In this document: one piece after another, positions 49,143-57,010 of the stretch
How the letters are laid out: each line of letters starts with the position of its first letter
How positions within the stretch are numbered: the stretch's first letter is position 1
Origin: Candidatus Bathyarchaeota archaeon
Lineage (GTDB): Archaea; Thermoproteota; Bathyarchaeia; TCS64
Direction: 5' to 3'
NCBI GenBank assembly: GCA_963769425.1
Contig: CAVYLP010000006.1
Coordinates: forward strand, 160,001 to 224,000
Length of the DNA: 64,000 bases
Made by a program: the position numbers and the translations under genes
Notes under the pieces: generated by a model
What the model was told of the DNA's origin: nothing
The model's database searches: none
The model's input: the letters and a program-made list of their open reading frames with translations, nothing else

Positions 49143-50333
49143 TTAGACGAGCTTCTTGTTTATTGGCTTGGTTTCCTTCGCTATTAGGCTTGGTACGAAG
49201 GCTACCGCGAAGAGAATGGATGATAGGTAGAAGGTCCATGAGGCGCCCTGGGCGGCGAGCACCCAAGTCATTATAATCGGGCCGGTTATTGAGCCCAGGT
49301 CGAAGAAGGTGCGGTACGTCCCGACGGCGGCCCCCCGGCTCTCCGCCTCAACCGACTCCGCGGCGAAGACTGGGCCGATTATCCAAATCGCCCCCGTCGT
49401 AATCCCGAGTAGGAAGAAGATAGCCGATGTCATGACGAGCCCGGAGACCAAAGTCAACGGCAGGACCATTACGGCGGTCGCCGCGATCCCGAACATCAGG
49501 ACCGGTTTTCTGCCGATCCTATCGGATATCATCCCCATAGTGAATATGGCGAGGACGTAGCCGATGGACATGGCGCCCATTATGATGCCTATGTCAGTCA
49601 GGCTCATCTTCAGGGTCCCGTTGGCGTACAGCGGGTAGGTTGTGTAGAGTACACCCTGGCTCACCACGAAGGAGACGAATGTCGCTAAACATACGGTGAG
49701 GAGCGTCCTGTTGCGGAACATCTTCGGGATGTCGGAGAGGTTCATCGGCCGGGACTTCGGGATGGTTAAGGCTTCTTTCTTGATTCTCGGTATTAGTATG
49801 AGGGCTACGGCGATGACGCAGAGTATGGCGGCGAGTATGAAGCCGCCAAAGAAGCCGAGCTCGGTGATGAGAAACCCGCTGACGGTTGAGCCTAGGATGG
49901 TCCCGCTGAATTCGATCCCCTGGAATATCCCCATCGCGCTCCCTCGGGTCTCGATGGGAAACATGTTCAGGATGAGGGTCATCGAGACGGCGAAGAAGAG
50001 GGGCGCGCCGAATCCCTGCAGCCCCCTCGCTATGATCAGCTGAACGGGGTCCGTGACGAAGGCGTTATAGAATGTGCCTATCGTGGTGAGGATGAGGCCG
50101 AGGAACATGGGCCAGTAGTAGCCCCAGCGGGAGGAGATGAAGCCGCTCGGTATCTCGAGCAGCACCCTCGCCACCCAGTAGGCGGCGACGCTGAAGCCTA
50201 TCATCACACCCGTGGCGCCTAGCGACTTCGCGAATATCGAGAGGAGGGGGTTGATCAGACTCGTGGAGAACATTGCGAGGAGGGCGACGACGCATAGGAT
50301 TACGTAGGAAACGCTGTAGCCTTTTCGCGACAT
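49143..50333 (-). CDS. MFS transporter
   Basis: About 12 hydrophobic segments, G.ISDRIGRK motif A. Confidence 0.92.
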   Translation of the reverse strand: MSRKGYSVSYVILCVVALLAMFSTSLINPLLSIFAKSLGATGVMIGFSVAAYWVARVLLEIPSGFISSRWGYYWPMFLGLILTTIGTFYNAFVTDPVQLIIARGLQGFGAPLFFAVSMTLILNMFPIETRGSAMGIFQGIEFSGTILGSTVSGFLITELGFFGGFILAAILCVIAVALILIPRIKKEALTIPKSRPMNLSDIPKMFRNRTLLTVCLATFVSFVVSQGVLYTTYPLYANGTLKMSLTDIGIIMGAMSIGYVLAIFTMGMISDRIGRKPVLMFGIAATAVMVLPLTLVSGLVMTSAIFFLLGITTGAIWIIGPVFAAESVEAESRGAAVGTYRTFFDLGSITGPIIMTWVLAAQGASWTFYLSSILFAVAFVPSLIAKETKPINKKLV

Positions 50334-50374
50334 TGTACCCTTAGCGCTCTATATCTCGTTATTATAAGTCTGGT

Positions 50375-50383
50375 GATCTTCGG
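50375..50383 (+). repeat. target-site duplication, left copy (GATCTTCGG)
   Basis: Identical 9-mer directly outside both terminal inverted repeats. Confidence 0.93.
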
Positions 50384-50407
50384 GATACTGTTCAGTCTTT
50401 TGTCATA
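50384..50407 (+). repeat. left terminal inverted repeat GATACTGTTCAGTCTTTTGTCATA
   Basis: Exact reverse complement of 56288-56311. Confidence 0.95.
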
Positions 50408-50422
50408 GTAGGATTTAACTGA

Positions 50423-51571
50423 CTATGTGATGGACGGGATTGGTTGAAGATCTCTCTCTAACTCAAGATTAGTTGTGTTGGATATTTTCTTTACCGGGTA
50501 AACGCTGAATGCCTCTTCAAAACTATCGGCTTTTCTAAACTTCTTGACTAATCCTTCGTAAGGAGGAAATGCCCCCCCATAACCAAGTATTCTCCTTGCG
50601 TTACCAACCATTTTTAATTGTTGATCCGTCCATAATGGTGATTTAAACTGGTTTTTTTCCAATGAGGTTAATGGTTCATATCTCATTGGATAAGATACAC
50701 ACCCTAGATCTGCAACTAATCGCGTTCGTTCAAAAAATGAATACGGATTATCACCACCGTAACTTTCATCGTAAAAATTGTAAATTGTGTAAAAGAAGAT
50801 CTTCCGTTTTCTTATACCACTTTGCGAAAGACGTTCTATGGCTTTTGTAACCTGTATTTTTTCATTATTATCATCAAACGCAGTCCTGATTATAGGAGTT
50901 GTTAGATCCGCTATCATACGGGCTTTCTCATCATCGATGAGACGACAATCAATTCCTTGGTTAAAATCAACAGGCAATCCTATGTCCCGTAGAGCAACAA
51001 GCATTTTTCTCCAATTTGGAGATGCAAGGATATTATTATCCCATAGAATAATTCTCTTATGACCCGGATAGACATAACGCTCTAACTCTTCTATTACAGA
51101 ATGAATCTTCCCTTCTAGTTTTGGAACAATGCAAAAAGGGCAGCTTCTGATACATCCTCTTGAAGTGAAAAGGATTGTACTATCCCATTTTTTCCATCGT
51201 TCGACATCATCTAAAATATCATATGCTGGAATGTAACTATCCGCTTTCTCAAAAAGTCCTGTGTGAACCTCTGTAAATGGAAAAAATGATTTAACTCTCT
51301 CAGACATTAATGATGCATAAATTCCTCCAACCCGTATCCTTGCATCAAGATATTTAGCATGGTAAAATTCGATTGCCTCATGCACCGGTTTCCATGCATA
51401 GGTGAATAAGGAGGTTATTTCTACAATATCAGGTTTAAAACTCCCATCCTCCTCCATACCATGGACGAGTTTAACTTGGTTACCTCTGGAACGATGGTAC
51501 GAAGCTAACTTGAGTAATCCGAGGGGAGGGAAACCGCTATAATATGCGGGCTCAACGAGCAGAACTTTCAT
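50423..51571 (-). CDS. radical SAM protein with N-terminal B12-binding-like domain
   Basis: SRGCIRSCPFC (CxxxCxxC), PPLGLLKLASY, VGGIYASL, DNN, DFNQGID.RL. Confidence 0.88.
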   Translation of the reverse strand: MKVLLVEPAYYSGFPPLGLLKLASYHRSRGNQVKLVHGMEEDGSFKPDIVEITSLFTYAWKPVHEAIEFYHAKYLDARIRVGGIYASLMSERVKSFFPFTEVHTGLFEKADSYIPAYDILDDVERWKKWDSTILFTSRGCIRSCPFCIVPKLEGKIHSVIEELERYVYPGHKRIILWDNNILASPNWRKMLVALRDIGLPVDFNQGIDCRLIDDEKARMIADLTTPIIRTAFDDNNEKIQVTKAIERLSQSGIRKRKIFFYTIYNFYDESYGGDNPYSFFERTRLVADLGCVSYPMRYEPLTSLEKNQFKSPLWTDQQLKMVGNARRILGYGGAFPPYEGLVKKFRKADSFEEAFSVYPVKKISNTTNLELERDLQPIPSIT

Positions 51572-51619
51572 AGGGAATGAAGCAATTTTAGGGGATAAAA
51601 ATGTTTCTGATAAAAATGG

Positions 51620-51660
51620 AAAAAAGGATCCAATAATGTATTTTATTATGGATTCCCTTT
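51620..51660 (-). terminator. putative terminator after the GHKL ATPase gene
   Basis: Minus-strand GGAATCCATAAT...ATTATTGGATCC hairpin followed by T6. Confidence 0.4.
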
Positions 51661-53436
51661 TTAAAGGTCTTTGACATTCTTGGATTTCTCTATCAATCGA
51701 AGTATGAGGTCTTGTGTCATGAGAAATTCTGTCATCGTATCAATTTTCTCTTCATCACTCATGGTTTCATAATATGAAAAAGAAATCTTCCCTCTTTCAT
51801 GCTTGTATGGATCAACGAATAAGTAATGGAGTGCAGAAATCATGGCTCCGAAGAGACGGTCACGGTATCTATCCTCGTTATTTGGTTTTTTATTAGCTAG
51901 AGTAAGAATAGGACCATTATCTCCTCTCTCAACGTTTTTCCAGTCAAAAGATCTTTGAGATAATTCCGCTATCTCACTGATTGTTAACCCTGTTTTTTGT
52001 CTTAGTAGATTTGCCACTGGGTCCATAGCATCAATGTTCAATTCCAATTTACCCCTCTTTGTTGTTAGTCTTAGATGTTCCTTAAGTTCAGGATGGCATG
52101 CTTTCGTCAATTCTGAAAGTCTCTCCATTTTTTCTTTGATGAGATCAGAAGGTTCTTCTTTTGTTTTTTCAAGGATTTCTTTTTCTAATTCTTCAATAGA
52201 TTTGGTTTCTTCCGCAGATTTCAAGTCAATTGCTTCTTTCATTTTCAATAAAGCAGGGTCTTTAGGAAAGCTTCGTTTTTGTTTTAACTTTTTCTTTAGT
52301 TTTACAATGGTGTTATTAGCATATTTTAGTTCACCAGAATTTACATCTTGTTTTATATGTTCTATGGTTTTTGTATTAATGTTATGTGATTGATAACGGT
52401 TCTGCTCTTGTACACTTCCTATAAAAACTCCTACTTGTTCATTTAATGGTTCGAGAATGTCATTATTTGCTTCAAAATTATTACGTGGAGCATTTTCCTT
52501 TAAATCATCAGTTATTATATGAATTTCTCCATATTGCCATTGATTAAACATACCATCGTGTTGTTTTATTACTAGATTTTCATCCCCGATTGTGATGCCT
52601 TTTTTCTTAAAATAAATGCCTCTGTTTGGAGGCTTTAATACACTATTGTTTTTGCCTGTAATGAGCCAACAATATGCTACTGGTTTTCCATTTATAACTA
52701 ACTTCTTATCGATGATAGTCTCAAAGAAAAGGTCATTGTTGTATGGAGGACGGAATATTTTTTGGTTTTCAAAGAAAATCTCTGCCATTTCGGTCTTGAT
52801 GCCATTTTCTGAAAGCCTCTTGTTAATCTCCTTTCCTAATGTAAATTTATCGGTATCGAATGGTGCAGGAAGATTCTGTGATAGATAATCCGTAATAAGA
52901 TTATCAGTGAATATCGTGTGTTGATTCGGTAGCATTTCCTCAAGTCTAACGGTCGTAAAATGCGATTCTTCAAGTGTTTCATCTTTTCCTAATTCAATAT
53001 TTTCAATGTTTCCCGTGATGTTATTTAATACTTCAATGGCTGGTTTGTTTAAGGTATATTGATCTCTTAACATATCTGCGTTTATTTCTACTCTGAACTT
53101 TGGATGACCCTGTTTTTTAGTTATTATAACAATTCTTCGACAAACAGGAATACCACTCCATATTCCAATTCCTCTCCAACCAATTAGTTCCCCAGATTTT
53201 TCGCTTACACCAAGATATAATGATTTTTCTAATTCTTTCTCATCCATACCACACCCATCATCTTTTATTATTAGATCAATATGTTTATTCTCAAAATACA
53301 CATCGACACGTTTTGCTCCTGCATCAAAGCTATTTTGGATGTATTCACGAAGGCTGTTTCTATTTCCATCATACAATCCTGCCGTAACTGCCTCAAGAAG
53401 TCTGGCACCAAAAGCTTCATTGGTAAATAATACTAA
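51661..53436 (-). CDS. GHKL (HATPase_c/MORC-like) ATPase; true start uncertain (ORF track starts at 53376)
   Basis: REYIQNSFDA (motif I), DDGCGM (II), GWRGIG (III), FTTV.L (IV), GEIHI and NAPRNNFE in the S5-like domain. Confidence 0.85.
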   Translation of the reverse strand, partial: LVLFTNEAFGARLLEAVTAGLYDGNRNSLREYIQNSFDAGAKRVDVYFENKHIDLIIKDDGCGMDEKELEKSLYLGVSEKSGELIGWRGIGIWSGIPVCRRIVIITKKQGHPKFRVEINADMLRDQYTLNKPAIEVLNNITGNIENIELGKDETLEESHFTTVRLEEMLPNQHTIFTDNLITDYLSQNLPAPFDTDKFTLGKEINKRLSENGIKTEMAEIFFENQKIFRPPYNNDLFFETIIDKKLVINGKPVAYCWLITGKNNSVLKPPNRGIYFKKKGITIGDENLVIKQHDGMFNQWQYGEIHIITDDLKENAPRNNFEANNDILEPLNEQVGVFIGSVQEQNRYQSHNINTKTIEHIKQDVNSGELKYANNTIVKLKKKLKQKRSFPKDPALLKMKEAIDLKSAEETKSIEELEKEILEKTKEEPSDLIKEKMERLSELTKACHPELKEHLRLTTKRGKLELNIDAMDPVANLLRQKTGLTISEIAELSQRSFDWKNVERGDNGPILTLANKKPNNEDRYRDRLFGAMISALHYLFVDPYKHERGKISFSYYETMSDEEKIDTMTEFLMTQDLILRLIEKSKNVKDL

Positions 53437-53666
53437 GGTAGATCCCTCTGTGTTTCATCATAGTATCAACCGCTTATATCTTATATGTCTCTATAACTCT
53501 TAAGGTTCTTTCCATTCTCGATTTTAATTTTAATCTTATTCATTGCTTTCTGAATCAATACTATTTTCTCTAACCCCCGTCAAAGAGGTGTCAGTGATTT
53601 AGGTATCCTAGGGGTATACCACAAGAGATATATAATTAGGGTATCCTGTAGGATATCTGTAGGAGT

Positions 53667-54590
53667 TTGGGAAAGATGAGTTGCAAGTACTGTGGGTCCG
53701 AAAAAATCGTCAAGAACGGAAAAGTCAAGGGAACACAGGTTTACAAGTGCAAGGAATGTGGACACAGGTTCTTCCAGAACGGCAACTTCTCAAAGATGCA
53801 GAGCGAGAAGCGGATCATAGCCGCAGCCTTAAACTTCTACTATGATGGACTATCGCTGAGAAAGGAGCAGCGCAACCTAGAGCAGATCTTCGGGGAACAC
53901 ATCAGCCAAGTTACAATCCTCAATTGGATTAAGAAGTACTCTAAGCTAGTCAAGGAGTATGTCGAGAAGCAGGCACCCCAGCTTTCAGGTCTCTGGCATG
54001 AGGATGAGACGATGCTAGGCTGTGAGGGGCGGAACATCTGGTTCTGGGAGATGATCGATGAGGACACCAAGTTCATGGTTGCAAGTCATATCTCAAACAC
54101 ACGAACATTTGAGGACACGATAGCCATATTTGATAAAGGGTTACAACAGAGCAAGGAGCGGCCTAAAGCCGTGTTCGTTGACGGGTGCAACGCATACAAA
54201 TCAGCGTTCAACAAGGTCTTCTATAGCAGGTACAAGACAGAGAAGGTAGAACTAGTACAACGAGTAGGGATAAGGGCTAGAGAGACAAACAACTCAATCG
54301 AGCGTCTACATGGAACCCTTAAGGACAGAACGAGGTGCATGAAAGGGCTACACAGCTACGAATCAACGAAACTGCTACTTGAGGGCTGGTCGGTTTACTA
54401 TAACTGCGTTAGGCCACATCAGAGCCTAGGCAACAGGACGCCGGCACAAGCAGCAGGGATGAATGTTCCAAACATTTGGCTGGGGCTCATAGAAGCGGCA
54501 ACCAAAGAAGAGGCGGTTGAATCAGTAGAAAAAATAAAGGGAGTAGAACCATTTTTGGATATGATGCAACTTGAGGTGAAAACGCGATGA
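53667..54590 (+). CDS. IS6/IS1-like DDE transposase with N-terminal Zn ribbon
   Basis: CKYC/CKEC Zn ribbon, HTH (GLSLR...SQVTILNWI), WHEDET, FVDG, NNSIERLH, YN..RPH.SL..TPA. Confidence 0.92.
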   Translation: MGKMSCKYCGSEKIVKNGKVKGTQVYKCKECGHRFFQNGNFSKMQSEKRIIAAALNFYYDGLSLRKEQRNLEQIFGEHISQVTILNWIKKYSKLVKEYVEKQAPQLSGLWHEDETMLGCEGRNIWFWEMIDEDTKFMVASHISNTRTFEDTIAIFDKGLQQSKERPKAVFVDGCNAYKSAFNKVFYSRYKTEKVELVQRVGIRARETNNSIERLHGTLKDRTRCMKGLHSYESTKLLLEGWSVYYNCVRPHQSLGNRTPAQAAGMNVPNIWLGLIEAATKEEAVESVEKIKGVEPFLDMMQLEVKTR

Positions 54591-54751
54591 AGAAGGTGCT
54601 AGTGGCTTTACCGGATGAAGTAGTTAACATGGTAGACACCGAACTGAGTGGAAAACTTGGCGATGGTAGGAGTGACACGCTGAGAACCATAATCATGAAT
54701 TGGCTAGGTGAAAAGGGATATCTGACAAAGGAGGGCAAGTCAAGTGAATAA
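54587..54751 (+). CDS. ribbon-helix-helix (CopG-like) protein, 54 aa, not in ORF track
   Basis: MKKVLVALPDEVVNMVDTELSGKLGDGRSDTLRTIIMNWL; ATGA overlap with the transposase stop; GAGGTGA SD. Confidence 0.75.
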   Translation: MKKVLVALPDEVVNMVDTELSGKLGDGRSDTLRTIIMNWLGEKGYLTKEGKSSE

Positions 54752-54887
54752 AACCAAAAAAGAACTCGAAGAAGAGGTTGAACTACTGAGCACAATGCTT
54801 GAGAGTTTAGTACAACTACTTGAGGAAAAAGGGGTACTAACGCAAGTCGAGTGGGAAAGAACAATTAAAAATAACATAGTCTTATAG
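54744..54887 (+). CDS. small helical protein, 47 aa, not in ORF track
   Basis: GTG start with GGAGG SD, overlapping the RHH stop; LESLVQLLEEKGVLTQVEWE. Confidence 0.65.
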   Translation: MNKTKKELEEEVELLSTMLESLVQLLEEKGVLTQVEWERTIKNNIVL

Positions 54888-54990
54888 GGTTCTGGTAACT
54901 TAACGGACCTAAGCAATTTGAAAAACGAGTGATAACTAGCGGAACATATTCTAAAAAACGAACTCATGGAATTTGGGAATGCAAATAAAG

Positions 54991-55374
54991 TTAAATTAAG
55001 TCATCTGTCTTCCACTGTGGAAGTCGCTCAGCTTCAGCAAATGCATTCCGATAACGAAGACCTCGTTCAATGGCTTCTCTAGTGTGATATGCCGATACAT
55101 GCAACTCGCCTCCCATGTGAGGAACCTGACTGATTATACCCTCAGAAACTAGTTGTTTTAAAGCCCTACTCCAATGCTTCAATTTGCCTTTTTCGTATCC
55201 ACTTTTCAGATTTGTTTCAGTGTGATGTTTTATTTGATTTCCATCACGGCCTACCCAACAACCATGGTAATACAACTTATTGACTATAAACCCCTTGATA
55301 TGGGCGAGATCACCTTTGTTTAACCCCGTATTGATTCCCCATGGGTAATAATAGGATCTACCTATGACATACAT
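54991..55374 (-). CDS. hypothetical protein, possible winged-helix
   Basis: IKGFIVNKLY...KHHTETNL..G...ALKQLVSEGII; start uncertain. Confidence 0.6.
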   Translation of the reverse strand: MYVIGRSYYYPWGINTGLNKGDLAHIKGFIVNKLYYHGCWVGRDGNQIKHHTETNLKSGYEKGKLKHWSRALKQLVSEGIISQVPHMGGELHVSAYHTREAIERGLRYRNAFAEAERLPQWKTDDLI

Positions 55375-55485
55375 ATAAACTCTTGGTAAAATAAAACAAT
55401 CTCTTAAGACAATCTTAATATGTCCGTATATTGTTATACAATAACAATACACACAAGTATAAATAAATGAGACAAAACAGATAGA

Positions 55486-55872
55486 ATGAGACAGAAAGAA
55501 AAGGAAGATGCTAGTATGGCCCCAGCAGGTAGCCGGAGATGGGGCGAAGACGCTTCAGATACGGAGGAGTATGCAGTTAGCGGCCCGTTGACGAGGCTCT
55601 TTGATTGCCCCACAGCCAGAGTGCTCGATCAGGCTTCATTAGTAGGTAAGATGGAACAAACGATCTCGATGCTAAAAGAGAGCACCAACCTAAGTTACAA
55701 GACTGTGGAAAAAGCTGTGAAGAAGTTGTTAGATCAGAAATTGATGGAGAAAGGCCGACGGATTGGGAATGCAAATACATACATCTTTCTCACAGAAAAT
55801 CACCTAAGTCAATTGATTGCTTGTGCCAACAAAATACAATTGGAGCATGTGAAAGAGCAATCTGAAAAATGA
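55486..55872 (+). CDS. winged-helix DNA-binding protein
   Basis: LF..PTARVLD, TISML.ESTNLSYKTVEKAVKKL, RRIGNA.TY. Confidence 0.75.
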   Translation: MRQKEKEDASMAPAGSRRWGEDASDTEEYAVSGPLTRLFDCPTARVLDQASLVGKMEQTISMLKESTNLSYKTVEKAVKKLLDQKLMEKGRRIGNANTYIFLTENHLSQLIACANKIQLEHVKEQSEK

Positions 55873-55901
55873 TTTTTGATTCTTTTTAAAAAATAGATTT
55901 G

Positions 55902-56201
55902 TTAAAGTTTCTTTTGAACCATCTCTTTTTCATGTTTTATTTCTGGGGCCTCCTTAAACATACTTGAAGTCGGAGGTCTACTTTGCTTCACTCCCTTTAG
56001 AAGCTGTTCGATTGTTAGAATCTGAATCTGGGCTGTAGATCCCTCTCCTGAAGTCTCTTTGAATAGAACGTTATAATCGGCTTTGCTGTTGAATGCGGGA
56101 TCTAAGTAAATCAGGTCAACGGATTCGTCTTTGATGAATTTCCTCATGACCGTTAGATTATCGCCGTAATAGAGGGTATTCACGAAATCCGGATTAGACA
56201 T
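55902..56201 (-). pseudogene. internally deleted N4/N6 DNA methyltransferase (R-M type) remnant
   Basis: N-terminal LYYGDNL..DESVDLIYLDPAFNS joined directly to C-terminal IQILTIEQLL; only about 100 codons. Confidence 0.8.
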
Positions 56202-56287
56202 CAAGGATACACTGTCTTTGAACATTTAAAAGAAATTGGATTAAGCGGTTATCGGTTTCTAATAGGTATCCACGCTTTACAGTACCA

Positions 56288-56311
56288 TATGACAAAAGAC
56301 TGAACAGTATC
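56288..56311 (-). repeat. right terminal inverted repeat
   Basis: TATGACAAAAGACTGAACAGTATC, reverse complement of the left TIR. Confidence 0.95.
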
Positions 56312-56320
56312 GATCTTCGG
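56312..56320 (+). repeat. target-site duplication, right copy (GATCTTCGG)
   Basis: Identical to 50375-50383. Confidence 0.93.
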
Positions 56321-56377
56321 TAAGCCTTTTATTCACGTTCCTACTCTTCCCCTCTGCAATCCGAGGCGATCGGCCAA

Positions 56378-56989
56378 GTGAGCGAAGAACCAGAAGTTAC
56401 AATCGAGGCCACTACAGCGGGAACCGGCGGCATAAAGCTATTCGGCGAGTGGAGCTTCGAGAACATAGAGGTCCGGGACCCCGGCCTCAAGAGGTACCTA
56501 AAGATCTCTCCCGTCTTCATGCCCCACTCCGGTGGTCGCCACGAGGCCAGGAAGTTCCAGAAGAGCGAGATGAGCATCGTTGAGCGCTTCACCAACGACC
56601 TCCTGAAGCCAGGAAGCAGCGGCGGCGACAAGCCACGCGTCATGAACGCGGTTAGGACGGCCTTCAAGATCGTCTACGTAAAGACGGGTAGGAACCCCAT
56701 AGAGGTGCTCGTCCGCGCGGTCGAGAACTGCTCGCCCAACGAGGACACGACTCGCATCGGCTACGGTGGTGTCGTCTACAGACTCGCAGTCGACATCTCA
56801 CCCCAGCGCAGGATCGACCTCGCCCTGAGATTCATCGCGAAGGGAATCAAGGAGCAGACCTTCGGCAACAGGAAGACCTTCGAGGAGATCATCGCGGACC
56901 AGCTCGTCGGCGCCGCCCAGAACGACGGCAACAGCTTCGGCGTCCGAAGGAAGCGCGAGATGGAGCGCGTAGCGCAAGCCTCTAGGTAA
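56378..56989 (+). CDS. rps7: 30S ribosomal protein uS7
   Basis: KLFGEW, PHSGGRH, SIVER, NPIEVLVRAVEN, AVDISPQRR.D, ERVAQASR. Confidence 0.98.
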   Translation: MSEEPEVTIEATTAGTGGIKLFGEWSFENIEVRDPGLKRYLKISPVFMPHSGGRHEARKFQKSEMSIVERFTNDLLKPGSSGGDKPRVMNAVRTAFKIVYVKTGRNPIEVLVRAVENCSPNEDTTRIGYGGVVYRLAVDISPQRRIDLALRFIAKGIKEQTFGNRKTFEEIIADQLVGAAQNDGNSFGVRRKREMERVAQASR

Positions 56990-57010
56990 GCCTAGTCTTT
57001 ATTTTCCTCT

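Larger units (their letters stand above)
50384..56311. mobile_element. 5,928-bp IS6-like cargo transposon
   Basis: Perfect 24-bp TIRs, 9-bp TSD, internal intact DDE transposase, AT-rich relative to flanks. Confidence 0.92.

Noticed and set aside
53575-53600. Possible internal IS end (GGTGTCAGTGATTT) weakly similar to the TIR
   Set aside because: Similarity is too low and no matching partner repeat was found
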